Assembly: GCA_965243025.1 (NCBI GenBank) | Contig: CBDETY010000003.1 | Span: forward strand, 4,800,001-4,864,000 | Reading direction: 5' to 3' | Origin: Candidatus Latescibacterota bacterium | GTDB taxonomy: Bacteria > Latescibacterota > UBA2968 > UBA8231 | DNA length: 64,000 nt | Part shown: one piece after another, positions 58,062 to 64,000 of the stretch | How the letters are laid out: every line of letters begins with the position of its first letter | Position numbering within the stretch: position 1 is the first letter of the stretch | Program-made: the position numbers and the translations under genes | The notes under the pieces: generated by a model | The model's database searches: none | Seen by the model: only the letters and a program-made list of their open reading frames with translations | Told to the model about the DNA's origin: nothing

Positions 58062-58484
58062 CTACCGGCCGCGCCGGAATCCACCGCCGAAGTCCCGGCG
58101 CTGCGAGCGCAGCTCGACGAGACGGGCGACCTGAGCTTCCGACAGCGTCTCGTTGCGAGCCGCGTCGAGTTCCGCCCGGATACTCCCCATCAGGTCGGGT
58201 ATCCGGGCGCGATCGATCTCCTGGTTGCGGATGCGGGCGAACAGGTCGCTGCGTTGATCCCATGCCTTCTGGTACACAGGTCTCAGCTTCCCGAGAGCGA
58301 CCGGGGAGACGTCGAGCTCGAAGCTGATCAGGGCCCAGTCGCTTTCGAGCGGCATCATTGCGCCGCCCCCGGAGCGCCCAGGACCCCCTCCCCCGCTGAA
58401 TCGCTGCGCAAAGCTGGTTGCCGCGACGACGAGCAGCAGCGCCGCGAGCAGCATGGCCATCCTCTTCCACGCCATCGGATTCAT
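58062..58484 (-). CDS. Small secreted helical protein (Spy/CpxP-like architecture)
   Basis: Signal peptide (TSFA/Q), Gly-rich ends, helical core ending TLSEAQ. Confidence 0.65.
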   Translation of the reverse strand: MNPMAWKRMAMLLAALLLVVAATSFAQRFSGGGGPGRSGGGAMMPLESDWALISFELDVSPVALGKLRPVYQKAWDQRSDLFARIRNQEIDRARIPDLMGSIRAELDAARNETLSEAQVARLVELRSQRRDFGGGFRRGR

Positions 58485-58542
58485 CCTCCTGATAAAGGGT
58501 TGGCTCCCTCGGAAATTGAGACAGCCGTGAGCGTGGCGGCGT

Positions 58543-60084
58543 TTAACCGCTTTCCCGCGATCGGTGGAAGATCTCCCGCACCGCGGCGACGGTGTCGGCC
58601 TCGGCCGCCCGCTTGTCGGGGCGGTAGCGCTTGACGCGTGCGAAGCGGAGCGCCATCCCGGCGGGGTACTGGGGGCTCGCCTGCACGCCGTCGAAGGCGA
58701 CCTCGACCACGAGCTCGGGACGCACGTGCACGACGTGCCCCTCTTCCCCCACTTTCAGCTCCTGCAGCTTTGCAGTCTGCCAGCGCAGCATCTCGTCGGT
58801 CATTCCCTTGAAGGTCTTGCCGAGCATGGCCAACCCGCCGGCCTCATCGCGGGCACCGAGGTGAAGGTTGGAAAGCCAACCCTTGCGCCTGCCGCTTCCC
58901 CACTCGACGGCAAGGACCACGAGGTCGAGGGTGTGCGACGGTTTCAGCTTCATCCAGCCGGCGCCGCGGCGCCCCGCTTCGTACGGGGCTTCCATGTCCT
59001 TGGCCATCACCCCTTCGTGACCGGCCTGGAGGGCGCCGTCGATGAACATTTGCGCCTCCTCGGACGAGGCGGCCACCAGCCCCGGCACCCGGCTCTCCCC
59101 GGGCACCACCCCGTCCAGGGCCGCGGCGCGTTCCCTGCCCGGCAGATCGATGAGGTCCTGCCCGTCGAGGTGAAGGCAGTCGAAGAAGAACGACGACAGC
59201 GGCAGCTCGGCTTTAATCCCGTCGACGTTGAGCCTGCGGCCGAAGCGGCGCATCGTCGTCTGGAACGGGGCCGGCCGGCCCTGGCCGGTCAGGGCGATCG
59301 CCTCGCCGTCGAGGATCAGGCTGGCGGCCGGCAGCGAGCGCACCGCTTCGACGACTTCGGGGACGGCGGCAGTCACGTCGTTCAGCTTGCGAGTGAACAC
59401 GCGGACGTCGCCGCCGAGACGGTGCACCTGCACGCGGGCGCCGTCGAGCTTGTACTCGAGCCCGACGCTCTCGTGGCGGCCGAACACCTCCTCCAGGTTC
59501 CGGGCGGTCTGCGCCAGCATCGGCTGCACCGGCGACAGCAGCTGCAGCCGGAATCCGGCGAGCGCCCCCTCCCCCCCGGTGAGGGCGGCGACGGCGACCT
59601 GGCGCAGGTCTCCCGACAGCATCACCGCTCGCCGGACCGATGCCGCGGGAAGGCCCGTTGCCCGGGCCACCGCCTCGACGACGATCCCCTCCTGCGCCCC
59701 CTGGCGCAGCTCGCCGAACACCAGGCGGGCAAGGAACTCCTGCTCCTCCGCTGTCGCCTCCGACAGCAGCTTTTTCAGTCTCTGCAGTTTTGCCCGCGCC
59801 GAACCGGGACCGCTCATGGAGGCGATCTCGGAAAAAGCGAGATCGACGGCGGCGACCCCGAGCCGGGGCGACGGCGCGGCGCTGCCCGGCATGGCGTCGC
59901 GGACGGCGGCGTACCCGAGCCCGATGCGGCCCTGGCGCAGCTCGCCGGTCAGGAAGGCGACCCCGGCCTCGCGCTCGGCCGGGGCGAGGCCGCGCATGCA
60001 CCCGGCGAGGTGGTCGATCTTCTGCAGCCGGGCCCGGGTTCCAGCCACGGACCGGGAGGTCTGGACTATCTCGGCAAACAGCAT
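58543..60084 (-). CDS. ATP-dependent DNA ligase (LigB-type)
   Basis: PMLAQ, EYKLDGAR.QVH (adenylated Lys), LDGE, FFD, EGVMAK, Y.AGRRG..W.K.K, LRFARV..YR.DK motifs. Confidence 0.95.
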   Translation of the reverse strand: MLFAEIVQTSRSVAGTRARLQKIDHLAGCMRGLAPAEREAGVAFLTGELRQGRIGLGYAAVRDAMPGSAAPSPRLGVAAVDLAFSEIASMSGPGSARAKLQRLKKLLSEATAEEQEFLARLVFGELRQGAQEGIVVEAVARATGLPAASVRRAVMLSGDLRQVAVAALTGGEGALAGFRLQLLSPVQPMLAQTARNLEEVFGRHESVGLEYKLDGARVQVHRLGGDVRVFTRKLNDVTAAVPEVVEAVRSLPAASLILDGEAIALTGQGRPAPFQTTMRRFGRRLNVDGIKAELPLSSFFFDCLHLDGQDLIDLPGRERAAALDGVVPGESRVPGLVAASSEEAQMFIDGALQAGHEGVMAKDMEAPYEAGRRGAGWMKLKPSHTLDLVVLAVEWGSGRRKGWLSNLHLGARDEAGGLAMLGKTFKGMTDEMLRWQTAKLQELKVGEEGHVVHVRPELVVEVAFDGVQASPQYPAGMALRFARVKRYRPDKRAAEADTVAAVREIFHRSRESG

Positions 60085-60206
60085 TTCGCCATTGAAGATC
60101 CGCATCGGCCGGCGCCGGGAAAAGTGGTGCGAGCCCCTGGCCGGGTTCCGTGACAAATCGAGGTACGGCTACTCAGGCCGGGATGCTTTTCGTACCCTTT
60201 TTCGTC

Positions 60207-62000
60207 ATGGAAAGGAACGGACTCGAAGCCCATGCGCCGCTCCTGACGCTCGACAGGCCGGTGCACCCGCCGCGGTGGGCCTTGCTCGAGCGCCAGCTTC
60301 TCGACGCCCAGGCAGAGGCATGCAGGGAGTTCTACGACCGCTACTTCGACGAGCGGGGCTACCTGCTGTGCGTGCCGCGCTGGGGGGGCGACGACGGCCC
60401 GGACGACGCCGCGGAAAACCAGTTGAACTGGACGGTGCTGCACGCCCTCGGGGCGGACGACGACATCCTCGAGCTGTTCCGCCGCGGCTTCGAGGGCCAC
60501 CTGCGGCAGTACACCGAAGCCAAAACCGTCGAGGTGCCCTTCGCGCGGGACGGCATGTACTACAAGGAATTCCCCGTCAGCCTCGACTGGTTCCACCACG
60601 GCGAGGGGTTCAGCGCCTTCTTCCACTACGGCCTGTGCGACCCCCGCGACCGGCGCTACCTGCAGCGCGCCAAGCGCTACGCCGGGTTCTACATGGACGA
60701 GGATCCTCAGGCCCCCAACTACGACCCGCGGCATCGCCTGATCCGCTCGCTGATGAACGGCAGCCGCGGGCCGATGCTGCGCAAGGCCACGGCGCTCGAC
60801 TGGGCCGGCGACCCTATAGAGGTGGAGGGGCGTTTCAGGCTCCTGCACAGCGAGCGCAGCTACGCGGAAATGCTGGCCCATTTCGTGGAGTACACCGACG
60901 TCGCCGGCGACCACCCGAACAACCTCGGGGCGACGCAGCTCGCCCACACCGCCTTCGCCCTCGGCGGCGGCGAGCGCTACCGCGACTGGCTGCTGGAGTA
61001 CGTCGACGCCTGGGTCGAGCGCACCGACGAAAACGACGGCATCATCCCCAGCAACGTCGGCCTCGACGGCAGTATCGGCGGCGAGTGCGGCGGCCGGTGG
61101 TGGGGCGGCTGCTACGGCTGGGGGTTCACCGTCATCGTACCGCAGACCGGGGAGCCGGCGCACCGGTGCTGCGCCTACGCCCGCGCCTTCTACGGGTTCG
61201 CCAACGCCCTGCTGATGACGGGCAAGCAGTCCTACGTCGATCTCTGGAGAGGGGTCATCGACCGCGTCAACGACAACGCCGCCGAGATCGACGGCCGCAC
61301 CATGTACCCGCGCATGCACGGAGACGGGGGTTGGTACGCCCACCAATCGACCCCTTTCGACGCCGGCGCCCTGCAGACCTGGTTCTGGTCCCAGGACGCC
61401 CAGGACGCCGAACGCGTCGGCGGCGACGAGTGGGTGGCTTTCGTGCGTGGAAACGGCGGTGCCTTTCCCGAAAAGGCGCTCGAGTCCGATCTCGAGCGGC
61501 TGCGCGGCCGCGTCGCCGGGATGCGCGACGACACGACCACCCCCGACACCCGCCTGTCGGACGACATGAACGGCCTGAACCCGGCGGTCACCGAGAACCT
61601 GACCCGCCTGATGCTCGGCGGCCTGCCGACGGGACGGGACGGCCACTCGCTGCACTGCCGCCTGCGCTACTTCGACGCCGACCGCCGTCGCGCCGGGTTG
61701 CCGCGGGATGTCGGGGCACTCGTCGAGCGCATGGACGCGGAAAACGTCGACGTGTCGCTGGTCAATCTCAGCCCGGTGCACGAGCGCACCGTCGTCGTCC
61801 AGGGAGGCGCCTATGCCGAGCACCGCAGCGAGGTGGTTTCCTGCGCCGGCCAGTCTGTCGAGATTCAGGGGGGGATCGACTCGCAACGGCGGTCGGCCTT
61901 CGTCGTGCGCCTGGAACCGGGGTGCGGCGGGCAGCTGCGCATCCGCCAGCGGCGCTACGCGCACCCGTCGACGTTCGCCTTTCCCTGGGACCGGGCCTGA
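60207..62000 (+). CDS. Conserved hypothetical enzyme (Trp/Tyr/Asp-rich)
   Basis: Long ORF with strong host-like GC3 codon usage; motifs WGGDDGPDDAAEN, DWFHHGEG, WWGG.YGW, LRYFD...RAGLP.DV.ALV and QGGAYAEH. Confidence 0.75.
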   Translation: MERNGLEAHAPLLTLDRPVHPPRWALLERQLLDAQAEACREFYDRYFDERGYLLCVPRWGGDDGPDDAAENQLNWTVLHALGADDDILELFRRGFEGHLRQYTEAKTVEVPFARDGMYYKEFPVSLDWFHHGEGFSAFFHYGLCDPRDRRYLQRAKRYAGFYMDEDPQAPNYDPRHRLIRSLMNGSRGPMLRKATALDWAGDPIEVEGRFRLLHSERSYAEMLAHFVEYTDVAGDHPNNLGATQLAHTAFALGGGERYRDWLLEYVDAWVERTDENDGIIPSNVGLDGSIGGECGGRWWGGCYGWGFTVIVPQTGEPAHRCCAYARAFYGFANALLMTGKQSYVDLWRGVIDRVNDNAAEIDGRTMYPRMHGDGGWYAHQSTPFDAGALQTWFWSQDAQDAERVGGDEWVAFVRGNGGAFPEKALESDLERLRGRVAGMRDDTTTPDTRLSDDMNGLNPAVTENLTRLMLGGLPTGRDGHSLHCRLRYFDADRRRAGLPRDVGALVERMDAENVDVSLVNLSPVHERTVVVQGGAYAEHRSEVVSCAGQSVEIQGGIDSQRRSAFVVRLEPGCGGQLRIRQRRYAHPSTFAFPWDRA

Positions 62001-62056
62001 CCGCGCCGGCCGGGACGGTGCGTTTCGCCGACGATGCTGAAGAAAGGTCAAATCCT

Positions 62057-63106
62057 ATGAGTGAAGCGCTGAGGAAATTCAGGGTCTCCAACGACGCCCT
62101 CGACGACGGGGAGGAACTGCGGCGCCGCATCGCCGGGGAGGGCTACCTTTTCTTTCGCGGCCTGCAGGACGCCGACCGCATGCTCGCCCTGCGCCGCGAC
62201 ATGCTCTCGGTGATAGCCGAGGCCGGGTGGCTGATCCCCGGCACCGACCCTGCCGACGGCATCGCCGACCCGTCCAGGGCCTGCACCGAGGGCGATCCCG
62301 AGTACACCCCGGTGTACTCTGCTGTCTACAAGCTCGAATCCTTCCACCGCGCCGGTCACTGGCCCGAGGTACTCGACCTCATGGGCAAAGTCATCGGCGA
62401 GCCGGTGTTGCCGCACCCGCAGAAAATCGCCCGCCTCTGGTTCCCGCAGTTCACCGACCACACCACCCCCGTGCACCAGGACTTCGTTCACTTCCAGGGG
62501 AACTTCGAAACCTATACGTGCTGGGCCCCGGTCGGCGACTGCCCGGTCGAGCTGGGACCGCTGGCGATCCAGCCCAGGTCGCACGAGCTGGAGGGCCTGC
62601 TCGACCACCACTTCTCGCTCGGTGCCGGGGGGTTGAAGATCGAACCCGGGGAGCTGGACGGAGAGTGGTTCAGCACCGACTTCGAGATCGGGGACACCCT
62701 GGTCTTCAACGCCCTCATGGTGCACAAGGCGCTGCCCAACCTCACCGCCGACCGGCTGCGGGTTTCGCTCGACAACCGCTACCAGGCCGTCTCCGGCACC
62801 ATAGCCGAACACATGCTGCAGCCTCACCTTCAGCGGCTCAGCGGCCTTGCCTGGGATGAGGTGTACGCGGACTGGAGCGGCTCGCGCGGTCTCCGTTACT
62901 ACTGGGAAGGGCTCGATCTCGAGACCCGGCCCCGCGACTTCAGCTACGCCGAACGCGGATTCGAGGAAGCAGTCGCCCTGGCCCGGCAGGGAGACGAGTG
63001 GGGGCGGATCGCCATGCAGCGGGTGGTTCGCAACAACGTCAGCCCCCCCCAGGTCGAGGTCGCACGCGCAGTGCTGCGCGAGCTGGAAGAGGTCCCCGCC
63101 AAATAG
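62057..63106 (+). CDS. Phytanoyl-CoA dioxygenase (PhyH) family protein
   Basis: EGYLFFRG, TTPVHQD, TCWAP.GDC...GPL, MVHKALPN...R.SLDNRYQ motifs. It is the true C-terminal part of the 59228..63106 ORF. Confidence 0.9.
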   Translation: MSEALRKFRVSNDALDDGEELRRRIAGEGYLFFRGLQDADRMLALRRDMLSVIAEAGWLIPGTDPADGIADPSRACTEGDPEYTPVYSAVYKLESFHRAGHWPEVLDLMGKVIGEPVLPHPQKIARLWFPQFTDHTTPVHQDFVHFQGNFETYTCWAPVGDCPVELGPLAIQPRSHELEGLLDHHFSLGAGGLKIEPGELDGEWFSTDFEIGDTLVFNALMVHKALPNLTADRLRVSLDNRYQAVSGTIAEHMLQPHLQRLSGLAWDEVYADWSGSRGLRYYWEGLDLETRPRDFSYAERGFEEAVALARQGDEWGRIAMQRVVRNNVSPPQVEVARAVLRELEEVPAK

Positions 63107-63146
63107 CGGCCCGAGGTTGGGGCCTTTCCCGGGACGATCCTGGCGG

Positions 63147-64000
63147 TCAGGCGCCCTGGAATTCCCTGAGGAACTTTCGCTCCCCTTCGGCGGTGGCGAT
63201 CAGGATCATCTCTCCGCCCGCGGGCAGCACCTTCCCGGGATCGGGGTTGACGCTGGTCGATCCGTTGAGACTGGTGGCGACGACCGAGCAGCCTGTGCGC
63301 GGCCGGATACCGGAGGCGGCGATGCTCTTTCCCGCAAGGCTGTCCGGCACCGGGAGCCGCACCACCTCCAGGCCCTCGGCGATCATCAAGGTGCTGCTCC
63401 GCTTCAGGAGGTTGACGATCTCCCGGGCGCCCATCGAGGGGTAGGACATCACGAAATCGGTGCCGGCCCGGTGCAGCGTCGGCACGCTGCGCTCGGAGTT
63501 CGCCCTGGCGATGATCTGAATATCCGGCCTCAGCTGCCGGCAGTAGATGGCGAGGTAGACGTTGGTCTCGTCGTCCCGGGTGGTCAGCACCACGGCCGGG
63601 GCCCTGTCGATTCCCGCCTCCTTCATCACCTCTATCTCGGCGGCGGACCCGACCACGGTATTTCCGCCGTCGGGCACCGCACCCGGGTCGCGCTCGACGA
63701 TGCGGTAGTCGACGTTGCGCTCGGCGAGGGCCCTTGCCGTCGCCCGGCCGACGCGCCCGGAGCCGATGATGATCACCGGGTCGGGATTCTGGTTGTAGAT
63801 CGCGAACAGACTGTCGTAGCGGTACAGCTGCTGCCGGTTCGCCGCCAGGACCAGCACGGTGTTCTCTGCGATGAGGGCTTCCGGCCGCGCCGGCTGGAAC
63901 TCCCCCCGTTCCCAGACCCCGACGACGGTAATTCCGACGTTCCGGCGCAGGTCGGCCTGCGCCAGAGTCTTGCCGACCAGCGGGGTTCGGGTGACGGTGG
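63147..64000 (-). CDS. TrkA-N/TrkA-C (RCK) domain potassium-channel/transport protein, 3' part
   Basis: IIIGSGRVG, AGIDRA, D.TN, IIARA and RCK-C (SLAGKSI...IR..TGCSVVA). The frame stays open to the window end. Confidence 0.88.
   Translation of the reverse strand, partial: TVTRTPLVGKTLAQADLRRNVGITVVGVWERGEFQPARPEALIAENTVLVLAANRQQLYRYDSLFAIYNQNPDPVIIIGSGRVGRATARALAERNVDYRIVERDPGAVPDGGNTVVGSAAEIEVMKEAGIDRAPAVVLTTRDDETNVYLAIYCRQLRPDIQIIARANSERSVPTLHRAGTDFVMSYPSMGAREIVNLLKRSSTLMIAEGLEVVRLPVPDSLAGKSIAASGIRPRTGCSVVATSLNGSTSVNPDPGKVLPAGGEMILIATAEGERKFLREFQGA

Noticed and set aside
59228-62056. Apparent 1292-aa ORF (59228..63106) as one giant fusion
   Set aside because: The N-terminal ~940 aa are low-complexity Arg/Pro/Ala text overlapping the ligase and the 60207..62000 gene. 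Only the part from the ATG at 62057 is PhyH-like.

Overview
High-GC bacterial DNA, densely coding, with about 55 credible genes. Most ORFs in the supplied six-frame track are antisense or out-of-frame shadows of real genes. I saw no rRNA, tRNA, CRISPR array or transposase by eye. All product calls come from motif recognition and my recall of the families; no database search was run. The gene content (three PhyH dioxygenases, ECF sigma factors with C-terminal extensions, several PQQ-like beta-propellers, secreted proteins with a C-terminal 'TWGxIK' motif) suggests a Latescibacterota/Poribacteria-like marine or sponge-associated organism, which is an inference only. The main feature is a ~24 kb minus-strand cluster (22023-45733) of two tightly coupled operons split by a plus-strand AAC(3)-family acetyltransferase. 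It encodes an EhpF/GriC-type adenylation enzyme, an EhpG/GriD-type ALDH-fold reductase, an Fe-dependent alcohol dehydrogenase, a HemN-like radical SAM enzyme, a PaaK-like CoA ligase, a flavin-dependent halogenase-like enzyme, a GT4 glycosyltransferase and a thioesterase. It also encodes three exported PQQ-like beta-propellers, a TonB-dependent receptor, a Na+:solute symporter and ABC transporters. It has no NRPS, PKS, carrier protein or pqq genes, and looks like an uncharacterised pathway that makes or salvages an aryl-acid-derived small molecule or cofactor. Other points of interest are an internally duplicated oxidoreductase-like protein, two ECF fusions with Shine-Dalgarno/ATG signals at the domain junction, two secreted proteins predicted to start with His after signal cleavage, a bacterial C2H2-like zinc finger and a dgcN-dgcA D-glutamate pair.
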